From NCBI GenBank assembly GCA_963724325.1, contig CAVRUH010000007.1:138095-202094 (forward strand): a DNA stretch of 64,000 nt, in the 5' to 3' direction. This DNA comes from Waddliaceae bacterium. GTDB taxonomy: Bacteria; Chlamydiota; Chlamydiia; Chlamydiales; Waddliaceae. Position 1 is the stretch's first letter; each line of letters starts with the position of its first letter. This document shows, in pieces, positions 19,396 to 27,793 of this stretch. A program made the position numbers and the translations under genes. Under the pieces are notes generated by a model. The model saw nothing but the letters and a program-made list of their open reading frames with translations. It was not told the origin of the DNA and did not search any database.

Positions 19396-19687
19396 TAGCA
19401 ACGTAGACAAAGTGAGGGATTTGTGTGGTGATTTCGTGATAAGCCAAAGCAGAGATCAGGCATATAATTCCGTTAGGAATTTTTTTCAAAACAAGAACAA
19501 GATCAGGCTAGGAAAAGTCTGGGATTTCAATTAGCCCATAGACTCCTCTAGCTAATTGTTCCAAGAGCCCCTCATCTCACATCTGATATAGTGTGCGTGG
19601 GTGAATGCCCAATTGGATAGCTTCACCCGAGCGGAGGAGTCCCTGGTGTGATTTAAAGTGCTTGATCGCTATCTGTTTTGCATTCAT
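19395..19687 (-). pseudogene. AbiEi-type antitoxin N-terminal fragment with an internal stop and frameshift, fused to the IS relic
   Basis: Hand translation gives MNAKQIAIKHFKSHQGLLRSGEAIQLGIHPRTLYQM*..RDEGLLEQLARGVYGLIEIPDFS*PDLVLVLKKIPNGIICLISALAYHEITTQIPHFVYVAIP, the AbiEi_4 N-domain pattern. Confidence 0.55.
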
Positions 19688-19777
19688 GGATAGTAATGTC
19701 GGTAAATGTTAACATTTTACTACATTCTTATCCATATTGCAGAGTATTCCTATGAGCTCTTACTGCCTAGAAACAAC

Positions 19778-20556
19778 TTAAAGTTCTAAAAGCTTTTTCA
19801 TAGTTTTTTCAAAATGAAGCTTACGTAGCCTGCCAGAGGGGTCTTGCGCTTCCAATTTAACCCAGTCATTTGGAGAGGCATTGTCAAGCCAGATTCGTAG
19901 ATTTTTCTGAAGAGTTTTAAACCATTTCGGATGCTGTTTTGCCAATACGTTGAATTCAATTAGAGCCCGATCAGAAAAATCGCCTAATTGGGAAGTGACA
20001 TACCAAATACCATAAAGATCCTTAAGAATCTTTAAAGCACTTTTGCGTTTCGTAAAAGTAAGCCCCTTATGGAATATCCAAGCACCTGGTGTAACTACAT
20101 TTCCTGCAATGTTTGAGTGGGTATGAAACTTTATGGTTGTCTGCAAGCTTAAGGTTAAATAGCTTAGCGGTTGGGCAACCACACCAGCAATGACGACATT
20201 TTTATTTTTGTTTTCCTGACTAGAGTCATCCGTCAAAAATTCAATTTCAATTTCAGCGCCTGCAATTTCCTTCACATAGGCTTCTGTCGCAGGATCTCTA
20301 AATCTTTAAAAACATGATTGAAACCTGCTTCTCGAAGATAATTTTGAATGTTCTTTTTCGAAATTTGTGGGATTTTCCTTGGAATAAGAGAATCGATATC
20401 TCTTGTTCCTACTGGAGGGTTCTTTAATTTTGGATCAGCTAGATAAAGCTTGTAGATAAAGAGTGCAAATCCACCTCCAATGACGATAAAATCTCGCCAT
20501 GGACCAATAGATTCTAAAAATTCTGAAATGATTTTGTCTTCTTGATTAGATGTCAT
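19778..20556 (-). pseudogene. Nucleotidyltransferase-fold toxin-like gene (GSU2403/AbiEii-like), split by a frameshift near 20272-20275
   Basis: The two ORFs (94 + 165 aa) would together make one ~260-aa protein. IVIGGGFALFIY...GTRDIDSLI is the NTase G[GS]...D-x-D motif. Lies downstream of the AbiEi-like gene. Confidence 0.55.
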
Positions 20557-21285
20557 GACGATTTACCACTTTTATAAATACGCTTAAGCTCTGGAAGACG
20601 TTCTGCCATAAATTCTGCTTGTTCTTGTCCACGTAAAGGAAAGTGATATAAATCCAAAAAAGTCAAAATAGAAGGAGAGACATTGATATCTAGATTTGAG
20701 TCAGAAGCATGCTTAAGCAAGCTTTTGTAGTAAGGTTCTATAAGCAAAACTTCATAGCCTCTTTCTTGAGGTTCTAATAGTAGCTTTTTCTCAAGTTGTG
20801 GTCTAACCAAAGGATCAAGCAGGTATAGTTCAAGAGTGTTTAAGTTGGTGTTTTTATATCCATGCGCTTCAGCAGCAGAATGAAGAGCCAATGCTACCTT
20901 ATTGCTTAGATTTGACTTTTTAATTGCCTCTAAAAGCTCTGCTTTATCTTGGAACCCAGAACGATAAGTTCTCATTTTGCATTTTTTTACGATGCTGTAA
21001 TGTTCTAGCCAGCTTTCAAGAAGGCGTTTGGGATCTTTCAAGAAAAACTTTTTGGCGGTTCTTATTCCTTCGGCTTGCAAAATTCCTTTTAAAACTAAAG
21101 TCCCAAAGACGCGTTGTACTGATCCAAGACTTACCCCAGCTTCTTTAGACACATTTCGCACGGATAACTCTCGACTCTTTGATGCCTTCTCTCAGCAACC
21201 AATCAAGAACCACGGCAGATTTGTCCGAATAGATATTCCCTTCCACAGGTTTTTCATTCGAGCCTATCAAAAACCGACCTTCCAT
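20553..21285 (-). pseudogene. AbiEi-like antitoxin/transcriptional regulator, frameshifted near its N-terminus
   Basis: GGAGG plus ATG at 21285 opens MEGRFLIGSNEKPVEGNIYSDKSAVVLDWLLREGIK. The frame then shifts (~21165-21190) into ...SRELSVRNVSKEAGVSLGSVQRVFGTL... 4-nt overlap with the NTase gene. Confidence 0.5.
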
Positions 21286-21310
21286 ACGACCTCCTTATCT
21301 GTTCATTATT

Positions 21311-21354
21311 TTATACTGTTCAATATTTATGGAACAGTATAAAATATGGAACAG
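21311..21354. promoter_or_regulatory. Operator-like inverted repeat in the divergent intergenic region
   Basis: TTATACTGTTC (21311-21321), N10, GAACAGTATAA (21332-21342), plus a third half-site GGAACAG (21348-21354). Lies between the AbiEi-like start (21285) and the HEPN gene start (21397). Confidence 0.45.
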
Positions 21355-21396
21355 CGAATATTAACGTAAAAAGTTTAAAGAAACAAGGAGAGTCTA

Positions 21397-21939
21397 ATGA
21401 CGAACACAACAAATTCTTCAAGTCAAAAACAAATCAGAATGCCAGTACCTGTCGATTCCTTAATCACCATTCTACATAATATACAATTGAAAATTGATTC
21501 AGCTGCTGGCGCTGCAACAGCGCTAGAGCTCCGGCTGCGAATTATCGCTCAGATAGAAGAGAAAGTTCGAGATGAACTAAAGAAAAATACAAAAGACCCT
21601 TTTCATCAGGCAACTCTTAAACATCTCATTTCAGCAGTCCTTGAGGTATTTCAAGATAAACTTGATGCAACCGAGCAAAGTATAATAAAACAATGCCGCC
21701 CCCCTCGCAATAAAACTGCGCATGGCAGCTTTGCTGAGTTAATGATCGAACTGGCAGGGGAGGCTTCTGGTAGACAGCTTGATAATCGCACATTGAAACC
21801 ATTACCTTTAGCAGAAGATGATATAATTGAAGGAGCAATATGCATTGAGAGAAATGGTGGTTTAGAGGATTTTTCAAAACTTGCAAACCGTGCAGTATCA
21901 ATTCTTGAAGAAAAAATTATACGCCATTTAAAACCTTAA
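21397..21939 (+). CDS. HEPN-domain protein candidate (R-N-x3-H-G motif)
   Basis: 180 aa, predicted helical. CRPPRNKTAHGSFAELM (R104-H109, nt 21706-21723) fits the canonical HEPN RNase motif R[NSHDK]xxxH. Confidence 0.5.
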   Translation: MTNTTNSSSQKQIRMPVPVDSLITILHNIQLKIDSAAGAATALELRLRIIAQIEEKVRDELKKNTKDPFHQATLKHLISAVLEVFQDKLDATEQSIIKQCRPPRNKTAHGSFAELMIELAGEASGRQLDNRTLKPLPLAEDDIIEGAICIERNGGLEDFSKLANRAVSILEEKIIRHLKP

Positions 21940-22210
21940 TTGTAATTGTAAAATGACTCATCATCAATCGGACCTATTGAATGGCCCAATGCTGATTGTC
22001 CTCATGATAAAACCATTGTCATTTTTCAACTTTTGCATACGTTTTTATCATTTGCAGATCATGCAAAATCCGTGGACCACTGGTGGGCCAAATAGGGGCA
22101 GCAAGTGGCATGAAATAGTATCAAATTGGCTTGGACGAAAAGGGCTTTTCGCTGTATAGTGGTTGATGTCAGCTACTGTATGTTGCGGTGGTTTATTAAC
22201 AGGGGATGGC

Positions 22211-22252
22211 CTCATAACCCGCTGGTCACTGGTTCAAGTCCAGTTTGCCACA
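22211..22252 (+). repeat. tRNA-Met 3'-part copy 4 (40/42 nt)
   Basis: CTCATAACCCGCTGGTCACTGGTTCAAGTCCAGTTTGCCACA. About 140 bp upstream are homologous to the region upstream of copy 5 (for example GGACCA..GGTGG.CCAAATAGGG). Confidence 0.85.
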
Positions 22253-22273
22253 CTTTTTTCTGTGTTGGAATTC

Positions 22274-22660
22274 ATGATTTCTAAAGTGAAGAAAATATTC
22301 ATTATTTTGTATGCCCTCCCGAACCCTATTGTGGACACTGAAGAAGATCGATGCAATTATGTAATTACAAAGTACATATTTGCATTCTTCATGGTTGTAG
22401 GTAGTATTTTAACATCCTATATGATGGCTGATTTAATAAATGAATTGGTTCCGTTAACATTAATAAAAATTAAAATTATGGAAATTATTTCAGTGTCCAT
22501 ATTGACTGTTGGAGCTTGGGGGAGTCTTAGATGGCCAGCACAAACTACGAAAATAAAGTCCCATGCAGAAGATTTTGACGATTATATTTCGAGGATATTC
22601 TCTTTTTGTGGTTTTTTGATGACCTTGGTTTCATATCAATTAGTCCCCAATGATTTGTAG
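22274..22660 (+). CDS. Small membrane protein (hypothetical)
   Basis: Start set at MISKVKKIF downstream of the tRNA fragment. 3-4 hydrophobic segments. No motif. Confidence 0.35.
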   Translation: MISKVKKIFIILYALPNPIVDTEEDRCNYVITKYIFAFFMVVGSILTSYMMADLINELVPLTLIKIKIMEIISVSILTVGAWGSLRWPAQTTKIKSHAEDFDDYISRIFSFCGFLMTLVSYQLVPNDL

Positions 22661-23002
22661 GTTAATTAGTATATTCTTTAACATAGATTATGCTGGATGA
22701 TCATAAAAAGGGTCATAAAAAAGAGAAAAGAATGTGGTCAGGCCTGCACATTTTGACCCTATTTGGATCTTGCAGCAAGTCATGAGGTGCCCAAGCACTA
22801 TCTTTGCCACTACTCCAAGAAATAAGAGTTTTTCTACTCATCATAACTCACAAAAACTTCCGATGGAGAATCTTCCATCTTCATAATTTAAAAGCGCATA
22901 TCCATCCTTGGCATTAGTAACTCAAGGGGGCATATGCCCTTACTTGTTACCGTTACTTATATATAAAATGTATATTAATTAGGATATATTTTTATAAAAA
23001 AA

Positions 23003-23950
23003 TTATCCCCAATAACAATTTTTTTTACTAAATTGCTGGTTTACAAATTTTCGACGTAATTTCAGGTTGACTGGTTTGGAGCCCATGTCTTCAATAAAAT
23101 TCATAAAATCTTTCATCCATCGTGAACACATTCCTTGAGGTGTATGTTTCATATAATCCCAGCTTTTATAAGCTGCATGTAAAGTATGAAAAGGACGAGA
23201 GGCTTGATGTTTTCTCTGTCCGCTTCCTTTTCGTTCACTGAGTCCTAATTTCACATAATCATTATTAGACATGCCAACCTTGCAAGTTTTAATTTTATCT
23301 AAATTCTCAATAACCCATTTGATGCCTTCTCGTTTCAACCATTCCGCTGCTTTACTTCGCGTGATTCCCCATCTTTCAGCCCATCTTGCAATTGTTAAGT
23401 TTTCACCATTATGTGAATAGAAAATACATCCTCTTTTATTATCGTTTTGGTTTTTTACCGAAGCCCAACGACAGTTATCGGGAGAATATCCTTTATTATT
23501 GTCGATTCTATCAAGAGAGGTGTTTTCAGGTTTCATTCCCATATCCAATAAAAAATTATCAAAGGATCCTGTATCCCGATGCCATCGGTCACAAACGTTG
23601 ATTCCACGATCGACATAATTTTTCTTTTCTTTAATTGTTTTACCTTCGCATCGACGATGCATATAGTGCCAAGCCATATACGTTTTGTAATTAGGACTAT
23701 TTATAGCACAGCATCCATGTGTTCTTCTAGGTCCCCCAAGTAAAGTTTGAATTTTTTGGGAGCACTCATCACAACACATGGTCTTAAAAATTTGCGCACT
23801 ACTTTTAGTACGTAGTTTCCCGCAATTACAACGAATAATATATTTTCGAGTGCGTCCTACCACTCCAAGCAACTGAACAACAGTCCAATGATTGATGCAC
23901 TGGCCAATAACAATCTTTTTATTTTGCTTATTTTGTATTGATGACAGCAT
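23003..23950 (-). CDS. Phage/MGE-type HNH-like DNA-binding protein with an N-terminal Cys cluster
   Basis: 315 aa. CNCG...CCDEC zinc-ribbon-like cluster. YMAWHYMHRRC...DRGINVCDRWH...FDNFLLDMGMKP...LDRIDNNKGYSPDNCRWASVKNQNDN, plus a degenerate second repeat. I associate this pattern with phage HNH-like proteins. Confidence 0.5.
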   Translation of the reverse strand: MLSSIQNKQNKKIVIGQCINHWTVVQLLGVVGRTRKYIIRCNCGKLRTKSSAQIFKTMCCDECSQKIQTLLGGPRRTHGCCAINSPNYKTYMAWHYMHRRCEGKTIKEKKNYVDRGINVCDRWHRDTGSFDNFLLDMGMKPENTSLDRIDNNKGYSPDNCRWASVKNQNDNKRGCIFYSHNGENLTIARWAERWGITRSKAAEWLKREGIKWVIENLDKIKTCKVGMSNNDYVKLGLSERKGSGQRKHQASRPFHTLHAAYKSWDYMKHTPQGMCSRWMKDFMNFIEDMGSKPVNLKLRRKFVNQQFSKKNCYWG

Positions 23951-24025
23951 TGATTATAGTTTTTTGTTTGTAAAATGATTGAATTCAAGAAATGGCCCGA
24001 AGATCTCGAACCAAAAAAGCTTATC

Positions 24026-24613
24026 TTAAAAAGGTAAACGACTTTGATAAGGATCACTTTTAGCAGATTCGAAAGACTGATTATAATTTGGAGAATACTC
24101 AAAAATATTATCTTGATCTTGCTGTGTTTTTAAAGCTTCAATAATCAGCTTGTAAAAACTTGATAGTTCCTTTTCGATTTTAATTCGAAAATGCGACTTT
24201 GTCTCAATTAGAGGTTTGGATTGAGATAGAATTGATTTTCCATCTTCGTATCTTTCAAGAATTTTTTCTCCATCAGCATACTTGAAAACTTCGCTTTGAG
24301 TAACATAGACGTTATAACTAAAACGATATTCAGTCTTATTTTTTCCCCATACTATGCAATGATCTGTATGTCTTATGAATTCGTCCTGATAAGGAAATTT
24401 TTCCGTTGAATTTGGTCTTACAAATCTTGTTTTTTCAGATGAAAAAACATAAGTAAAGGTAAATGGAATACCTGCTGTTTTCAACCTTTCTTCTAATGCT
24501 TTAATGTCATTAGAAATACGGTCCAAATCTTGAAGATGATTAGAAATTACGGAGTCCGCTTCAGAATTAAGTATTTGAAGGGAGGTTGATACAAAAGATT
24601 TTGTTGATGTCAT
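24026..24613 (-). CDS. Hypothetical protein
   Basis: 195-aa ORF co-oriented with the HNH-like gene 75 bp downstream. No motif. Confidence 0.45.
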   Translation of the reverse strand: MTSTKSFVSTSLQILNSEADSVISNHLQDLDRISNDIKALEERLKTAGIPFTFTYVFSSEKTRFVRPNSTEKFPYQDEFIRHTDHCIVWGKNKTEYRFSYNVYVTQSEVFKYADGEKILERYEDGKSILSQSKPLIETKSHFRIKIEKELSSFYKLIIEALKTQQDQDNIFEYSPNYNQSFESAKSDPYQSRLPF

Positions 24614-24937
24614 AATATAAATCCTTAAAATTTGTGAATTTTATTTTTTTTAATAATTACACAACAGTGCAATTACCCAGATTCAACCTTGGTTTTTCAT
24701 TCAAGATTCAGGATTCCAATTCAAGGAAAAGCCCATTCAAGGGTTTAAAACAAACTGCTATCAAGCAGTTAATGAGAATGACTTTAGCAAACATTATAAT
24801 TACATACAAGAAAAAAGAAAATTGTTGTCGGTGTTCGAGTTATTTGGCTTTCGAGAAATTTGCATTAATATGCACATGCTAAGTTCATTTATTTCCTTCT
24901 ACTGCCTTACCTTCAGAATCTATAAAGATAAGGGGGG

Positions 24938-24993
24938 CAGGCTTGGCATGCGGACATTTGATCGGGATCAAATGTCCGCATGCCAAGCCCGAC
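24938..24993. repeat. ~55-bp palindromic intergenic repeat, copy A
   Basis: GGCTTGGCATGCGGACATTTGATC-GG-GATCAAATGTCCGCATGCCAAGCC, followed by CGACTCTTTTTT. Family members lie at 38458-38512 and 42925-42975, with a half copy at 37646-37668. Confidence 0.85.
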
Positions 24994-25247
24994 TCTTTTT
25001 TCTACTGATCATTAAGAGAAATATTGTCTTTAACTTCTTCATATTTATTTTCAGCTTCAACAAAAATTATTTAAACAAGTCTATAATTTGATTTTTTGAA
25101 ACTTTCATGATAAGATTTTAAAAAATAACATCGGAAAATTCAATACAAATACTATCAAAAGCATCTTGCTTTTGGCTTTATGATTTTTTGTATGTTTTGA
25201 AATATGAGTACCCGCTTGACTTAATTGGGCACCTGACTAATTACCAA

Positions 25248-26354
25248 TCACGATGTACATAGCGTAAGAGGGATTAGGTCCGTATAAGCAACCATCTCTT
25301 TAGGAGAAATGTAGTTGTGCGCAAAAAAATCGGTTGATGCCGCATTTCTTTTCTCCGCATTATCATTATTTTTTTGAGGAATTGGGATTTGATTGTACGC
25401 TTGAAATGCCGAAGGCTCAAGCAACAGCATTTTGATGACTGAAATGCGAGAGATTTCCAACAGATCAAACAAGTCTTTAATTTCGGGTGTCTTCTCCTGG
25501 CGGATCGAGGACCCCGGGAAAGAGAGGTCTTTGACATACCCATGGAGGCCTGGAGGTCTATGGTCATCCCAAATAGCCTTTAGCCTTGCCTCAATCTCTT
25601 GTGAAGTGAAAGATTTTCCATTTATAGCAGAGGAAGTATTTGCTAGGAATGATCCTAACCTTGAAGCAACTCGATTAGCATGATGACGACTAGGATTGCC
25701 CACCAAAGCGTCAAGTAAAGGAAACAGCTTGGAAAAAGAGGAACTCGCATAGTGCAGGCGCTCCCAGATTACCGCTTCAAAAAACAATTGTAATGTTAAG
25801 TATGGGCGTGGCATGTGTTGACGTTGTTCAAGACAGTTTAGGATGAGAGGAAATAGTTTACCTGCCAGTGAGAAATCCTCTACTTCGTACTGTAGCAAGG
25901 GTTTGCCATTGACATCATGTGGAAAGAAACTGTCAAGACAAACATTAGTGCGATGGTTGATGTGGTTTGTTTCATGACCCAATAGCCCATCTTCCAGTGT
26001 ACCGTATGTGAAAGATCCTCCGATTACCATACGAATAGGTTTTGCCAAGTGTAGTGCACCCAGCATGGCCCAACCATAACGCCGAGCCCTCTCAACGGAA
26101 AGAGAGGAGTCAACCTTAAGACATGCATGACATTGATCCATTCCAAGCCCATGTCCAGGGTAAACCCATGCACCTAGTCCGACATGGCGTTCTGGTGGGG
26201 AACCTGGGTGAGCTCCATGTACCACGGCGTGATATGGGGTTGAGGCTAAGTAGATGCCGGAAGAAAGAGGAATTGGCAATTGGCGATATAATTCGCCTGC
26301 TATTGGGAGGTGCGTGAAGAGAAAGTAGTGGTCGCCGTGTTGTGGTTCTTTCAT
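25248..26354 (-). CDS. Orphan 368-aa protein, visibly GC-richer than its flanks; weak HEPN-like R-x4-H-G near the C-terminus
   Basis: Long ORF with clean coding appearance. AIWDDHRPPGLHGY (R266-H271), preceded by helical blocks. No firm family assignment. Confidence 0.55.
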   Translation of the reverse strand: MKEPQHGDHYFLFTHLPIAGELYRQLPIPLSSGIYLASTPYHAVVHGAHPGSPPERHVGLGAWVYPGHGLGMDQCHACLKVDSSLSVERARRYGWAMLGALHLAKPIRMVIGGSFTYGTLEDGLLGHETNHINHRTNVCLDSFFPHDVNGKPLLQYEVEDFSLAGKLFPLILNCLEQRQHMPRPYLTLQLFFEAVIWERLHYASSSFSKLFPLLDALVGNPSRHHANRVASRLGSFLANTSSAINGKSFTSQEIEARLKAIWDDHRPPGLHGYVKDLSFPGSSIRQEKTPEIKDLFDLLEISRISVIKMLLLEPSAFQAYNQIPIPQKNNDNAEKRNAASTDFFAHNYISPKEMVAYTDLIPLTLCTS

Positions 26355-26475
26355 GATTTTATTCCGTCTGCTGGTGTTTTTCTAGTGTTTTGAGTCCTTA
26401 TAAGAGCCATGCCTAAGATCCTTCAAAGTTTATATTTGCAAATGACTCAATGATGTTTGAAATCATAACATGTAT

Positions 26476-26504
26476 TTGCATAAAATTGCAACATATGTTA
26501 TAAT
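26476..26504 (+). promoter_or_regulatory. Sigma70-like promoter of the XRE-Panacea/toxin operon with an embedded palindrome
   Basis: TTGCAT (26476-26481), 17-nt spacer, TATAAT (26499-26504), 24 nt before the ATG. The palindrome AACATATGTT (26490-26499) overlaps the spacer and the first base of the -10. Confidence 0.5.
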
Positions 26505-26528
26505 AAAAAGAAACAGGGGATTGTGTTT

Positions 26529-27320
26529 ATGGAAACATCTTTAGGTAAACGAATAAAAGCCTTGCGTGAGGCTCTGAGAATAAGCCAAGAGGAATTATCG
26601 CAAAGATTAGCATTGGATAGAGCTTCGCTGTCTTTAATCGAAAATGACAAACGCTCATTGAAAGCTGATGAACTTATTTTACTATCAAAATCTTTGAATA
26701 TTTCGATTGATGAGTTGTTAAATCTCAAGTCGTCAACAGAAGTTATTTTGGAACAGGCTCAGAAGCCAAAAGAAAAAAGAAATGACTTACGGATTAGCGT
26801 TCCAAGAAAAAACCTGAAAAAGTTTAAGGAAGTTCTTCTCTATATATTGGGAAAGGTTGGAGCAAAACCAAATGTGGGTGAAACTGTCTTGTATAAGCTG
26901 CTGTACTTTATAGATTTCAACTATTACGAGAAATATGAAGAACAACTCATTGGAGCCACATACATCAAAAACCATCATGGCCCTACCCCAATCGAGTTTC
27001 AGTCCATTGTAAATGAGATGATAGAAAACAAAGAAATCGAAGTTGTGAAAAGTAAATATTTTCAGCATCTCCAAAAAAAATATCTACCTCATCAAGAACC
27101 CGATCTTTCTGTCTTTAATGCAAATGAGATCAAAGTGATAGATGATGTGTTGCAAAAATTATCTGGCATGAATGCTTCAACAATAAGTGAATACTCTCAT
27201 CAAGATGTCCCATGGATGGTCACATCGGAAAGGCAAAAAATTGATTATGAATCTGTATTTTACCGAACCCCTGCATATAGCGTAAGAGAGTATAGCAACG
27301 ATGAAATTCAAGCACATTGA
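26529..27320 (+). CDS. XRE-family HTH fused to a Panacea (DUF4065/SocA-like) antitoxin domain
   Basis: N-terminus LGKRIKALREALRISQEELSQRLALDRASLSLIENDKR (HTH_XRE). C-terminus GETVLYKLLYFIDFNYYEKYEEQLIGATYIKNHHGPTPIEF (DUF4065 signature). Confidence 0.75.
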   Translation: METSLGKRIKALREALRISQEELSQRLALDRASLSLIENDKRSLKADELILLSKSLNISIDELLNLKSSTEVILEQAQKPKEKRNDLRISVPRKNLKKFKEVLLYILGKVGAKPNVGETVLYKLLYFIDFNYYEKYEEQLIGATYIKNHHGPTPIEFQSIVNEMIENKEIEVVKSKYFQHLQKKYLPHQEPDLSVFNANEIKVIDDVLQKLSGMNASTISEYSHQDVPWMVTSERQKIDYESVFYRTPAYSVREYSNDEIQAH

Positions 27321-27669
27321 GCAGCTAGATAAATTCAAGAAAGATCTAAAAAAACTCCTTAAAAGATTTCCCAGTCTTGAGGAAGATTTAGACTCGCTTG
27401 TGAAAGCACAATTGATTGCTTATCATAAACTCAATGTCGACAATCATGGCATCTTTGCAATCGAAAATCTTGCAATTCAAAATCCTAAAATTTTTAAAGT
27501 TAAGAAGTTTGCTTGCAAATCGTTAAAAGGAAAAGGTGTTCATTCTGGTATTCGCGTCACATATGCATATTTTCCAGTTGAAGACAGAATAGAGTTCATC
27601 GAGATCTACTACAAGGGTGATCAAGAGAATGAGGATAGAGAAAGGATCAAAAATTATTATATAAAATAA
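27301..27669 (+). CDS. RelE/ParE-superfamily-like toxin candidate
   Basis: 122 aa, overlapping the antitoxin gene by 20 nt. KSLKGKGVHSGIRVTYAYFPVEDRIEFIEIYYKGDQEN resembles the KGKSGGYRVIYY...IY.K..ENL core of RelE/HigB-like toxins. Confidence 0.5.
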   Translation: MKFKHIEQLDKFKKDLKKLLKRFPSLEEDLDSLVKAQLIAYHKLNVDNHGIFAIENLAIQNPKIFKVKKFACKSLKGKGVHSGIRVTYAYFPVEDRIEFIEIYYKGDQENEDRERIKNYYIK

Positions 27670-27793
27670 CCTATGCTTTTAAAATATTAGCTATTACTTT
27701 AAATCACCTAGTAAGAAAAGGATTAAGTCTAGAAGAATGGAGATCTTTAAGGATGCAGTACTCTGTATAATCCATTGATATTGGATTCCATTA

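Noticed and set aside
22750-22854. Minus-strand MMSRKTLISWSSGKDSAWAP..., resembling the PP-loop (SGGKDS) N-terminus of an ATP pyrophosphatase
   Set aside because: Only ~30 codons are present before the frame dies, and the motif is imperfect (SSGKDS). It may be a gene relic but is too short to support.
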